DNA of 64,000 bases, from positions 5,766,001 through 5,830,000 of the forward strand of contig NC_089430.1 of the NCBI RefSeq assembly GCF_026210795.1, in the 5' to 3' direction. Both the position numbers and the translations under genes were made by a program. How positions within the stretch are numbered: position 1 is the first letter of the stretch; each line of letters starts with the position of its first letter. Of this stretch, positions 40,589-54,063 are shown piece by piece. The notes beneath the pieces are model-generated. The model did no database searches and was not told the DNA's origin. It saw only the letters and a list, made by a program, of their open reading frames with translations. Source of the stretch: Rhizophagus irregularis (lineage: Eukaryota).

Positions 40589-42563
40589 TTACTCAAGAAT
40601 TCTTTTTTCATATTCTTTCTTCTGCTTCTCGTAGCGCTCTTTTGCGATGATTTCAGCTTTACTTATTAATTCTTCTTCATATTCTCTTTGTAATCTCTCT
40701 TCGTCTTCTTTCGCCTTTCTTGCAGTTTCTTCTTGCATTTTCCGAGCCTTCTTGAAAAGATAATTTGTAAATACTCCATCTATATTGGTGATATGTTTTT
40801 CCAATTCTTTGAGGCATTTTTCATGCACGAGATTACCAGGTGGAAAGTCTTCCGTATTCGGAGAAATGGCCCACCGATTATCAAGGGAATTGATGAAAGC
40901 CTTTATTGGTTCATTCCAGCAAGAATTTTTGAAATATTCTGGATCCTTAGTCTGCTTCCTGTTACAATTTGAAAAGACAGAAATCATGTATTGAAGAGAC
41001 TCTTCTCCGAGAAATGTTGTTATTCCGTTGAGCGTATTATTTATTTGTTCATTCGTGAACAATCTGGCTTCTGTAAAAGCATTTTAACAATATGTTTCTA
41101 ATTTAGTCTCATCACAAACTTTAATGATCAGTATTCTTACTCACCAAATACTAATAATATGGCCCTGATTCCATAAACGTACTTTTGGATGGTGCGAGCG
41201 ATTTCTTCTAAGATATCTTTGTTGGGATCATCAGTGTTAAAAATCCCTGGCGTATCAATGATATTGTAAATTTCGTCCCCAATTTTGTAACTTGCAGAAG
41301 CAGATTTTTGAGTAGCGAATGACTAATCACTTTTGAGAGTTAAAAACAAATATAATTGAAAATACCATATTCATATACATATATTTTTACTTACAAAACT
41401 TTCAGAAACAGGAAAAGTTGGTTTTTCATCTTCAGAGGTTTTCAACAATAAATTTCCCAAAGTGCTTTTACCAGCGCCTTACAAACAAATATACAATAAA
41501 AAAAGAGATAACTGAAAATAAAAATACGATATCAAGGCGTACCTGTTTTTCCAACTAAGAGTATGACTTTTCTTCGTTTCTCTTCTGCTTCTCTCTCTTT
41601 TCTTTCATTTTCTTTTTGCTTTTTCCAAGCCTTTTCGAAAAGGTCATTTGTATACACTCCATTTATATGATAGCTGATATGTTTTTTCAATTCTTTGAGG
41701 CGTTGTTTATACACGAGATTATCGGGTTGAAAGTATCTCGCATCTGGAGAAATGGCCCACCGATTATCAAGGGAATTGATGAAAGCCTTAATTGGTTCAT
41801 TCCAGCAAGAATTTTTAAAATATTCTGGATCCTCAGTCTGCTTCTTGTTACAATGTGAAAAGACAAAAATCATGTATTGAAGAGACTCCTCTCCGAGAAA
41901 CGTTTTTATTATGTTGAGCGTATTCTTTTGTTCATCCGTGAACCATCGGCTGGCTTCTGTAAACAGAATTTTAACAATATATTTCTAATTTAAACTTTAA
42001 TCATCAGTATTCTCACTCACCAAATACGAATAATATGGCTCTGATTCCATAAGTGCACTTTTGGATGGTGCGAGCGATTTCTTCTAAGATATCTTCAGTG
42101 GGATCGTTAGTGTTAAAAATCCCTGGCGTGTCGATAATATTATAAATTTTGTCCCCAATTTGTAACTCGCAAAACTAGATTTTTTAGTAACGGATAACTA
42201 GTAATCACTATTGAAAGTTAAAAACAAGTATAGTTGAAAATACCCTACTTATATACTTATATTTTTTGCTTACAAGGCTATCGGAAGCATGGAAAGTTGG
42301 TTTTTCATCTTCAGAAGTTTTCAACAATAAATTTCCCAAAGTGCTTTTGCCAGCGCCTTTCAAACAAATGTACAATGAAAAAAAGAGATGACCGAAAATA
42401 AAAATATGATATCAAGGCATACCCGTTTTTCCAACTAAGAGTATGGCTGGTGCATTGATTTGCAACAGTGGCGGTTTAGATCTAAAGAGAGGAAGTTGAA
42501 AAGTATTAAAAAATGGAATTTCCAGTAACAGATTTTATATGTTCTTTACTTAGCGTCTGCCAT
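40589..42563 (-). CDS. AIG1/GIMAP-family GTPase with two tandem GTPase domains and coiled-coil tail (apparent 1-nt frameshift at ~42160)
   Basis: Start MADAK|SKPP (exon 42563-42550). Two copies of ILLVGKTG|AGKSTLGN, DTPG and RFTxEQ...FLGEESLQYM, each with the same introns, period ~885 bp. K/E/R-rich coiled coil after each copy. Confidence 0.8.
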
Positions 42564-42899
42564 AGTAGTTATTCGAATGTAGAAAAAATTGGTTCACTAG
42601 AAAGAAGTGAAAATCGGAGTAGGTTAAATAGAAGTCGTTATTGGCGCAAACAACACTTGTACACACAGATGCATCAATCAAATCATTTTTGGGGGTGATA
42701 GTAGGTGCGACAAGCCGACAACTGCAACATACTGTATATTTTAGCTAGTGATCTACATATCTCTTTATACCAAAAAGGGAAATGTATGGTGACTGTCACC
42801 TATAGTCCAAAATTTGAAATTTTATTTATTTATATTGTGTAACTCATTTTTATTGCTGCGTGAACAGCAAAATTTTTTTTTGCCATATTACATGGAATT

Positions 42900-43495
42900 C
42901 TTAATAATTTTTTCTCAATTTTTTTAATTTTATTTAATATCTTTTTTTAGTGATATCAGATATGAATTTTTTTTTTTCATCAAAATAAATTTTATTCAAG
43001 ATTTTTACAATTATTAAAATTATTAAGTTAATCGCTTTGTAACTTTGCTACTGTTTTGAATATTAATGTCTTTTAATTTTACTAATAAGGAAAAAAAAAA
43101 GAGTGTAATAAGTACTTGTAAAATTTTTAGGTAAAAAAAAATCATGTAACACATAATCATGCGATGCCGTAAAAATCTAACATTACCTATTCACTAAACC
43201 GCTAGTAATAAACCTTTATAGTATTTGCCAACGAACCTTTTTATAATATGCCTCACAATTATCTTTCAGTCATATTTACGGAAATTTTTATTATCATAAT
43301 TCTTTATTATTTTATTAGTGTATGGCTAAAACGGTTATTAACAAGGTTCAGATTTTTAAAAAATATATTTTTTAAAAAGGTCAAAAGATCAAATTTCATT
43401 TCACAAAATAAAAATGTGGAAATATATATCCCGAAGTTAGCAAGTTTTCTTCAGATTTTAACAATTTTTCAAAATTGAAATGAAAAAAAAGTAGA
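42900..43495 (+). repeat. Duplicated non-coding segment (copy 2), lying between the divergent AIG1 and K3 genes
   Basis: Homologous to 32250-32870. Confidence 0.85.
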
Positions 43496-44364
43496 ACATG
43501 AAGCATTATATCTTTCGATCATGGAATTAAAAGTGTACATTTTTTTTAAAATTTAATCATTGGAAGTTTGCAAGAGAAAAAGTCTCGTTAGTAAGTTTTA
43601 ATGTTGCCTTATCAAATTATTTATTTGTATAAAATATTAAACTAGTTTATTGCGATTTAAAATAATTGACTTTGGATGTTCACCAATATTAATTTTTTAA
43701 AGTACAACGAATAGTACAGTATATTCTTTTTCTTTTTTTTATAATTATTATTCAAATCCGCAAGAATAAAATCACAGAATTCATAATACAAGTTTAAATC
43801 ATTTCATTTTCTAAGTATCAAATATAATGAAAAGTTTTTGCAATTATTTATTTATTTTTTTTTTTGAAAATCTATTACTATTTGATTTTTTAATACATTG
43901 TATCGAAGATTCTTTATACTAACGTTTAATTACTCTTTTCAGCTTAGGTCGTCTTTATAATGGGTGTCACGTGATATATAGTATAATGCTTGAAACATGT
44001 GATTCATGTGATTAGCGTGTGATTTTGTTACACGTAGTAATAATTTACTGAATGCATTAATTGTTTACACGGTTATTTTGGCGATTAATGGTTTGATGAT
44101 TCTTTCTTTATATTCTTATATTCCGTCATTATATCAAAAATAAAAATAAAAATTATATTGTGGTAACAAATAGACTAGTACCAATATAAATTTATAATAA
44201 TATCCAATTAAAAAAAAATTCAATACAGCTCAGAAATAAAGCCATTATTACTCAATTCTTAGAGCCGGATATAATTTTGGCCGAAATATTTTTTTTCTGC
44301 AAGTTATTTGTTTAATTAACCAACTTTATTTCAGCTTTAGCATCTTAAGTCTGTATCATTTTCT

Positions 44365-47300
44365 ATGAAAAGTCTCATGGATACGCTAATTAAGAAATTA
44401 AAACTAAATAAGAATTGCAAAAAATGTAAATTTAAGTGTAACACAATATATTTTCAACAAAATTTCAAAAATTGGACCAGTGGTAATGAATATATTGATA
44501 AATATATTCAAGATACTCAACTATCAGCCCATGAAGATCCAGAAAAAGCATTAGAGTGGATACCTTATAATAGATTTTATGACATTAAATATGGCAAAAA
44601 AACTGGAGTATATAGAGCAAATTGGACTGATGGATGTATTGACAGTTGGGATAATGAAAATCAAAATTGGAAAAGATTTAATAAAAATATGATTATCGCT
44701 CTCAAAAGTTTGAGTAATCCAAAAAGTTTTATATTAGAGGTTATAAATGAGGTATTATTTAATAAAATTTTGAAATTTTAATTTTTACTAAATTTACTAA
44801 TTTGTTGTATTTTTAGATTAAAACAGATTACGAATTATATGGAATCACTCAAAATCCACAAACAAAAAATTATATGATGGTATTGAATGATAAATGTAAA
44901 AAATGTAATCTCATGTGTAGTGTAATACACTTTAAACAAAATTTTGAAAGTTGGACTAGTGGTAATGATTATATTGATAAATTTATTCAAAATATTCAAT
45001 TATCAACACACAAATATGATGCATATAAAAAACCACTTATAGAATGGATACCTTATAATAAATTTTATGATATTGAATATATTGATATTGGAAAAGTATA
45101 TGCAAATTGGATTGATGGTCCTCTACGCGAGTGGAACAATAAAAATTTTAATTGGGAAAGAAATCAAAATGTGCTTGTGATGCTGAAACATTTAAGCGAT
45201 TTGAAAAATATTGCATCAGAAGTTGAGAATGAGGTATAATAAATTTACTATTTTGAAGTTTCAAAAGATTAATTTCTACTAATGTATTATATTTGTAGTT
45301 TATGTTACATAAAATTTATGGAATAACTCAAGAGCCACAAACCAAAAATTATATGATGGTGTTGAGTAATAAATGTAAAAAATGTAATTACATATGTAAT
45401 GCAATACATTTCCAACAAAATTTTGGAAGTTGGACTAGTGGTAATGATTATATTGATAAATTTATTCAAAATACACAAATATCAGCCCATGATGATGCAA
45501 AAGAAGCGTTAAAATGGATACCTTATGATAGCTTTTATAATATTAAATATATTTAAGAAATTGGAATATATAATGCATTTTGGATTGATGGAGGGGATAG
45601 TACAAATCGAAATGGGATAAGAAAGTTGGTAGATTTAAAAGGCTTAAGTGATCCAAAAAATATTACATCAGAATTGATGAATAAGGTATTTTAAATTATT
45701 AATTTAGGAAAATTTGAATCCTCAATTTTGCTAATATATTTGTATTTGTAGAACAATAGACTTTAGTGTATAACTCAATACCCAAAGACAGAATATTATA
45801 TGATGGTACTGAGTGGTGAGTGTAAAATATGTAACAAAACATGTGAAGCAATATACTTTCAACAAAATTTTGAATGCTGGACTAGTGGTAATGATTATAT
45901 TGATAAATTTATTCAAAGTACTCAAATATCAGCCCATTATAATGCAAAGAAAGCATTAGAATGGATACCTTATGATAAATTTTATGGTATTGAATATGTT
46001 GAGATTAGCAAAGTATATGTTGCAAATTGGATTGATGGTCCTCTACACAAGTGGAACAATAAAAATTTTAATTGGGAAAGAAATCAAAATGTGCTTGTGA
46101 TGCTGAAACATTTAAGCAATTTGAAAGATATTGCATCAGGAGTTGAAAATAAGGTATAATAAATTTACTATTTTGAAGTTTCAAAAGATTAATTTTTACT
46201 AATGCATTATATTTATAGTCTATATTACTTTATGGAATAACTCAAGAACCGGAAACAAAAAATTATATGATGGTTTTGAATTATATATGTAAAAAATGTA
46301 ATTATAAATGTAAAACAATACATTTTCAACAAATTTTTAAAAATTGGACTAGTGGTAATAATAATATTGACAAATTTATTCGAGATACTCAGCTATCAGC
46401 GCACGATATATCAGATGCATTAGAATGGATACCTTATGATAGATTGGATAATATTGAATATATTGCAAAAGGTGGATTTGCCAAGGTGTATAAAGCATAT
46501 TGGTCTAGTAAAAGTAGATTTATAGCTCTAAAAATTTTAAATAATTCAAAAAATATTACATTAGAATTTATGAATGAGGTAAATTAGTATATCATTTAAT
46601 AAAAATGTGAATATTTTAAATCTTACTAAATATGTTAAATTTTGATTTTTATAGATTATGTTGCACTATAAAGTAGATGTGAGTGATAAAATTATTAAAT
46701 TTTATGGAATAACTCAAGAACCAGAAACAAAAAATTATGGGATGGTTTTGGATTATGCAGAAAATGGAAGTTTGAGAAATTTTTTAAATATGAATCAATG
46801 TAAATTAGATTGGTATGATAAATTTAAATATTTATGGATTATTGCATATGGACTTAGTTTTATTCATCGAAATGAATTAATTCATCGAGATTTACATATT
46901 GGAAATATACTTCATACGGGTAATGATGTTAAAATAACTGACGTAGGATTATGTAAACCTGCGGATTATTTCGTATCAGAAAATACAAGAGACAAAATAT
47001 ATGGTAATTTACCCTATGTAGCTCCTGAAATTTTACGAGGAAAAAATTATACCAAAGCTGCAGATATTTATAGTTTTGGAATAGTTATGTATGAAGTAAT
47101 TTCCGAATTATCTCCATATCATGATTTAAGTCATGAAGGAAATTTAGCTATAAAAATTTGTCAAGGACTTAGACCAAGATTTAATATTAAAGTACCCGAA
47201 TTAATTATACATTTAATTAAAAGATGCTTAGATGCAAATCCATCAGAACGACCAACAGCATATGAAATTTACAAAATTTTACGCAGTTGGTGTGATAATC

Positions 47301-48009
47301 GTGTAACAGAAATACAAAAACAGATTAAAGAATCAGAAGAAATAAATAAGTTAGCAACTGACGGGATGTCTTCAACCAGCTTAGGATTTTTACATGAAAC
47401 AAATTCTGAAGCAATCTATACAAGTAGATTACTTAGTTTTGATAATCTTCCTAAGGCGAAAAATTCCGAAGCAATTTATACAAGTAGATTGCTTAGTTTT
47501 GATAATCTTCCCAAGGCCAAAAATTCTGATGATTATTATAAATACAAGGATAACATAATTAGCGTCGAATTTTCAGGTATTGTTAAATAAAAAAGTATAT
47601 AATCATAAAAAAAAATACTACTAAAAGATTATTTATTAAATAGCATCGTTATCTCAACAAATTGATGTTTCTCGATTGGACATTAATGATAGTAATCTTC
47701 CTGAACCAAAACATTCTGATTACGAACAAAATAATGACATTATAAGCATGGAATATTCAGGTATTAATTTAATACTCATAAAGGATTAAGATTTATAAGT
47801 ATTAACGAAATTTTATTTTGTTAAATAGAAACCTTACAAATTGATATTTCTCAATTGAATATCAATGAAGATGGTGAATTATAAATTATAAAATTATATG
47901 ATCACAATCTACTGCTGTGGTACAAGATATTTATTTATCATTTAGTTTGCTACATATAACTAATTCCTATTTTTTTTAATGTATTATTTTTAATTTAGAT
48001 TCTATTTAA
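44365..48009 (+). CDS. Kinase K3 with 5 tandem N-lobe repeats; nonsense codons in repeat exons 3 and 4 (pseudogene or exon-skipping gene)
   Basis: Exons 44365-44751, 44817-45233, 45299-45685 (TAA 45554), 45752-46153 (TAG 45764), 46219-46578, 46655-47576, 47644-47760, 47829-47874, probable 47999-48009. Kinase core is open: GGFAKVY, IALK, HRDLHIGN, DVG, APE. Confidence 0.8.
47402..47521 (+). repeat. 60-bp in-frame tandem duplication in the K3 tail (NSEAIYTSRLLSFDNLPKAK x2)
   Basis: Identical peptide twice, differing only at synonymous positions. Confidence 0.9.
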
Positions 48010-49300
48010 TGTTTAGTATTTCGGACGAAAATGAATTTGTTTTTCTTTTGCTTTCAATAATTAATTGAATTACGATTTTTTTTATAAAGAGACTAAGTTA
48101 AAGTGATGGAAAAAGATATGGGAGTAGCATTAAATAGAATTTAAATTGTAATGATTTCTTAATTCAATAAAAATATAGACTATAAAATTTATCAAAGAGA
48201 TGGATTCCGTTATGTAAATCACCGTTTACATCAATAAAAGCGATTTTCAACTTATTAACTCTTGTATTACGCTCGGATAACGAAGATTAGTTTATTACAG
48301 TAATCATATTTTTTCATTCCCATCCTCTTGGGACAGTGCGATCGCGCTTTTTTTCATTATTATTTTTTTTTTTTAAACCGAAATTTTTTTTCAAATTTTG
48401 TTTCATTAACCCATTTTCATTTTTTCCTTAACCCATTTGTTTCTTTGAACAGATATTTTCATTAAACCGATTTTTTTTTAATAATTTTTTTTTTATTAAC
48501 TTTTTTTCTATTTAACTTTTTTTCTAATTAAAATTTATGTATTTCACCACGATAAGGCGGTAAGCACCTTTTTCCAATTTTTTTTTAATAATTTTTTTTC
48601 TTGGTTTTTTTTACTAATATTTTCTTTTCTATTTTTTTTTTTTTGTTCTTCTGCCTTATATATATTATATAATTTTTGGAAAATACCCAGCCAAAAAAAA
48701 AAAACAATTTTAATCCCAATTTATTGATTTTGGACTACATATGTCCATGTGGCGCAATAAATTTAATAACAAATAAAAAACTTCATGAACTTTATGTTAT
48801 TCATTTCAAATATTAATAGAACTCCTCCTTATGACAAATAAATTTAAAGAAGCAGAATATTTTATCTTAATCTGGCTATAGTAAATTTATGAACTAAAGT
48901 TATAAGAAAGAATCATGTTATTAATGATTTGGTTTAGAACCTATTTTTATTCTTGACAAATGTTTTTTTTCAAGAGAAATTTTTTTTTCAGATTTGTATA
49001 TTTTATTTATTCAACTCAAAAACTCTAACTTAAAGAAGAAACTTATATTAATTAAAATATTCTTTTTTTTAAAAAAAAAAAGATTTTGGTGAATGTGGAT
49101 TATTCGTTTTTACGCTACGCACTTTAGGATAAAAGTTTCATCATTTTCATTTTTTAAAAAAAAAATGATTTTTTGTTTGAAAATAAAAGGTCAATATAAT
49201 AGCGGATTTAGCGTGAAGAAAAAAAATTCTATTTTGAGAAATTATTTTAAAAACCACAAAATATTTGTAATAAATAAATAAAAATCACAGTTTATATTTG

Positions 49301-50218
49301 TTTTTTTTTTTTTTTTTTTTGGTAAATGACACTTTATTTTTTATATGATAGAGAACATACAAAATCTATAAAGCATACCTTGAGTTTGACAAAACCTTTG
49401 TCTCCCTCCATACCAAAACCGTTACCTCATATAGTAACGTTGTAGTACCATTTCCTACTACATAACGAACCCTACTAAATAGATGATGTATGATTAAAAT
49501 TACAAAAAATTATAGATAAAAAAAATAACACTACATTCAAATAAAAAGATAATAATAATCCTATGTTGGAAAAATTTTCTACGTGAAATCACGTCACTAA
49601 CGCACTTTACTCAACCTATTCCTTGTCCTCGATTCTCCATCTCTTTTTATATTCTTTTTCCATTACATTCTTAGCGGCTCTTTTATTGTTAATGTTCTTT
49701 TCGTCCGTTTCCCTATTTTCCTCTTTTACTCTTTTTGTGAAGATTATAAAGACTTCAAAAAGCCCACTAACTAACACCACAAAGAGCCAGAAATATAAAT
49801 AGGGAATAATAGGAGAGCCACCGGTGTTCTGTAGTGACTCCGTGGTAGGGTTGTAGTTATATTCGACGTCTCAAGAGAAGTTGTCGAAGCAAGTGTCGTA
49901 TAGTGATGAGATCTTCATTGTATTTCTTGTGTTTTTTATCACGTGGGTGTTTGCAGAAAAGTTCTGGAAGCTTCCGTTCTTTGTATAAATTTTTTTCCTC
50001 TTAGATGATGTCAGTGTGCTCAGTGTGCAATTCAATTGGTGCTGTGTCGATTTGTGGTAGATCAATAAAATTGGCGTAATGCGCAGCAGGAAGAAGCGAA
50101 GCTATGGTCTGTCTGTCAAAGAGATGAGTAAGTTTGTTCGTCCAAGCTATCCAGTTTTCGAGAGCCTGTGGTCGTGCCACAAAATGTGAGCGTTTTCGTT
50201 TGACGTCGTCGGGATTAA
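49301..50218 (-). mobile_element. 5'-truncated LINE-like insertion with poly(A) tail
   Basis: T20 at 49301-49320 with minus-strand AATAAA 12 nt upstream. GC-richer body with a long, once-interrupted frame INPDDVKRKR...SLWC* resembling an ORF2 C-terminus. No clear TSD. Confidence 0.55.
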
Positions 50219-50778
50219 TACGTTATTGTTGAAAAGTATGTGTTACACATTATAAATCGTTAATTATTAAATTATACTATAGGTTGACGTTAATTAATTA
50301 TCGTTAGAAAGCTCATGTCGTAAATGTAACGTAATTAAATTTTTTTAAAAAAAAGAGAAAAGAAATATTAGAAAAAGCTATTTTATTTTAACAATTTTTT
50401 TTTAAAAAAAACAAATAAGTTTCAAAATGAAACTTACTGATCCAAAGGAAGCCAATACCTAAAAATGAAAGTGATTTTTTAAAAAGGAAAAAAAAATTTC
50501 AACTTGTTGTTATTACACAAGTACTCCCTTATTTCTATTGCATAAAAAAAACTCTTATAAATATCCATTTCATAATACATCACAATTTCAGTTCATTATG
50601 TAATCTAAAAAGCAAATTATAAAATAAATAATTAGTAAAATTGAGAATTATAAAAGACAGTAGATAGAGTTGAATACAACGTTCACTTTACTTGAATTAG
50701 TGTGTAACCTGAGAAGTATTTTATAGGATTTGAGTGTGATGAAAAACTGTTTCACGAAAAAGAAAAATGATTTTGTAC

Positions 50779-50905
50779 CTTTTTTATTTTTTTTGTGGTA
50801 AAACGTAATACTTTATTAATTATATTATAGAGAACATATCTGAAGTTTGAAAATAAACAAAAGTCTTAATACCACATCTTCACCATAACCAATGAAGTAA
50901 CCCTA
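50779..50905 (-). mobile_element. Second 3'-end remnant of the same poly(A) element family
   Basis: T-run + ggtaaa..ctttatt..tata..atagagaacata matches 49321-49359. Confidence 0.45.
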
Positions 50906-51067
50906 ATATACACTTGTTTTAAGAAACAGGATTTGAAAATAATTTACTATGCCATCAATTTATTATTCATTCATTATTTAAATTATCGAATTTTAAGTTT
51001 TGCATTAATTACTTTTAAAATTAAAAAAATTATTTTGACCAAGATTATACATGGGTAGTATCATTAA

Positions 51068-52877
51068 CTAGATTATTAGGTCACGAGATTACCAATCCCA
51101 TAACTCAAAAATTGAAATAAATTTCTGAAAACCTGTTTTAAGTTTTAACTTGATTTTCTGAATCCATCTCGATCCTAAAACTGTATCAAATAATGTGATG
51201 GAAAATCAATGAATTTTTTTGCAATTGAAAAATCAATTATTCTTTTTTTTAGGATAATAAAAGAGAAGAATTTACACAATTAATCTCAACAGGTATTTTT
51301 GTAATTATGTTCATTATGATTTTATGATGAAATCAAATTTAATTTTTTGTAATTTTTTTGCGAATCAAATTACAAATATATAGAAGGTTTATTTTTATTT
51401 TTAAATATAATGATCAATGATTAATCGAACAATTTGTTCTATTTCTACCAAAATAACCTACTAAAAGCACCTTTGCCGCCAATTCTGACTGACTATTTAA
51501 AAAAGAAATTTACAAAAAATTTAGATAACATATAACTTTAATTTTTTAATTGATCTTTTTTAATTGACCTATTTTATTTATTTTATTTTCTAAATTTATT
51601 ATTAAAATCTGATAAATATTCGGATATTCCATAACTATAAATTTTAACGTGATATAATTTTACTATATTAGTGACTATGATTTGTTTAACGTTTGTATTT
51701 TGGGTAGTTCGGCCACTGATTGACGAGATGGGCGGTATGGATTTGCTAGCATGGATTTGTAATCGAGCTAGTCCACCTTGGAAATTATCAGAAGATAAAG
51801 CAGCCGATGTTTCTTTTATTATCATTATTGACAAAGCGAAAGATATTTATAATGTTAATAACATACCATCAACTCAATATCTCAATGCGTGCTCAAAGTC
51901 CTATTTTATGAAGAGAATCGGTCAACATTCTTGCTATTGTTATCCAGATATCACGAATCATCTATTTATTGAGAGGTTAAGGAGGTTACATAATACTAGT
52001 AGTTATTATAGTTATATTGCAACATCTATTACTATAAAAAATTATCGCATACCCTTAAATATAAAATTTAATAATTTAATAAAAATATACATACACATTT
52101 AACAAGAACCAGCCAGCAATTTTTCTGTAAAGTTTTTTTTGGTTTAATATTTATTAGTCTTTAGGAAAACTTTTCATTTACTACCTTTAAAGAGGTTGGC
52201 TTTATTAATTGATAAAATTCACAACACTTTATACCTTCTATAAATTACAATATTTACTTTTAAAGGTAGTTTATTACTATATTACTATTCATAAAATCGA
52301 AGAAATTAATAAAAAGTTGTCATAGAATTGTTAGGAACAAAATTGTCTTATTTTATTACTTTATTTAATAAATTTAAAAATTAAAAAAAAATTGGGGAAT
52401 GAAAAAGGATAAAAAAAGAAATCAGTTTAAAAAAAAGGGAAATTTCCGAAAAAAAAAGGAATCCGAAAAAAAAATAAGTATCGAAAAAAATTCTGAAAAA
52501 AAGGACGATAATTCGGTCCAAAAAGAGTGAAAAAAAATTTTTTTTAAAAAAAATAATACGGTCTAAAAAAAAAGATCGAAAAAAAATTAATATAAAAAAA
52601 ATCGGTCTTAAAAGACCAAAACAATAGGATTATTTAAAAATAATTTTTCAGTTTGAATAAAAATTAAACTTAAATGGGAAAAGAACGAGAAAAAAGATGA
52701 AAAATTTAAAAAAAAATAAAATTAATAATCAAAAAAAAATTCTGATTAAGATCAGCGGAGCAGGTCACGGGTTTTAATTATATGGCATGGGATTTCAAGT
52801 TACACAATTCACACTATTTATACATGCTAGTCTAAACGTTACGGTTACACATTGTATTTTTTTGTTATATAGATAGA
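51068..52877 (-). mobile_element. Non-autonomous Helitron (~1.8 kb) with a possible captured coding fragment
   Basis: 5' A|TCTATCTATATAAC at 52877. 3' hairpin tatgggatt-ggt-aatctcgtg (G-T wobbles, 51082-51102), 10-nt spacer, CTAG|T at 51071-51067. The 5' end is homologous to the 3411 element. Confidence 0.7.
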
Positions 52878-53774
52878 TACGTAAACTCAAACCTGACCCT
52901 TTTATATATATTTCTGGGACCTATTCGTGTATTAGGCAAAAAATCATATACTAGGCAATTAAAACCGTGTATCTGGTATTATATAAACCACTTATTTGGC
53001 CACTTCAAACAAAATAACTAACGCCACCTAACGGTACTAGCTTGTATAAATATTGGAAATCAAATTTAATTGAGCTCCTGAAGCGCTGAATAATGAATAT
53101 TATATGCTATTAATAATATTAAATTTATAATGTATTTACAGCAAATATACATTCTATTAACTTCATGGATTTAATCTCGTTTCTTTATTTATAGTCTAAA
53201 ATCAAATAATAAAATTGAAAAATAGAGAGAACAAGCGGGCGAAATGTATTTTTAAATAACAAGGTTCTTTGACCCTATTCTTTTCATCGCTTCCAATTAA
53301 TACACCAATGAATAAAAAATTTTCAACTTTCAATATAGCGTGATTATAAAAAAAAGTCAATTTTATAAAAATTTATTATATAAAAAAATTTTATGTTCTG
53401 TATACATTATATTCATTTAATGTAATTTTTGACATCATGATCTCAACTTTTGGATAAAAGTCATAATATACTGTATTTCAATATTTACACACTACAAAGT
53501 AACAAGGTTACAATAATTTTACATATTATAAAGTTAACAGATAAATTGGACATAAAACGGATAAACCACATGATGAATACTCCAATTAAAACTAAGGGTT
53601 TGAAAAAGTATACTAATGTTTGAGGTGTGAAATGATTCATTTAAACATTATTTCTATCATACAATTCAAAATCAACCAACAAGGGTAATATATATAATTC
53701 TGTTTAGCAGTACTTCAAATTTTGATGTGTTTCTTCTGACAAAATTCAAACACTTTTTATCTATTATATCAAAG

Positions 53775-54063
53775 TAGAGCTTGGACTCGCACTCATGTAA
53801 CTCGAGTTGACTCGAGCTGAACTTGCACTCGAGTCAGAAATTTCTTGACTCGAGTCAACCAGGATCACGTGGTTGATAGTGCCGGCTGAACCCTATTTGT
53901 AATTCCTGCCGGCACTATGACTATAACGGTCTGGGTAAAATTATGGATAAGTTTTTTGGCCCGCACTTTAACTTTGACTCAAATTAGCTCAACTCGAGTC
54001 CTGACTCGAGTCTTGGACTCGTTCTTGACTCGTTTTACTCGAGTTGACTCAGTCCAAGCTCTA
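53775..54063. mobile_element. hAT-type MITE (289 bp)
   Basis: Perfect 13-bp TIRs tagagcttggact/agtccaagctcta; 8-bp TSD tatcaaag/tattaaag; many subterminal ACTCGAGT palindromes; internal 11-bp hairpin atagtgccggc/gccggcactat. Confidence 0.9.

Noticed and set aside
40733..41858. Plus-strand ORFs 40733, 40785, 41616 (also 62047-62876)
   Set aside because: Antisense to the AIG1 coding exons.
51583..52102. Overlapping ORFs as real genes
   Set aside because: Inside a non-autonomous Helitron, no ATG-led recognisable domain; at most a captured fragment.
53920..53931. actataacggtc, matching part of the I-CeuI/LSU rRNA site
   Set aside because: Only 12 nt, inside a MITE, with no flanking rRNA similarity; treated as chance.
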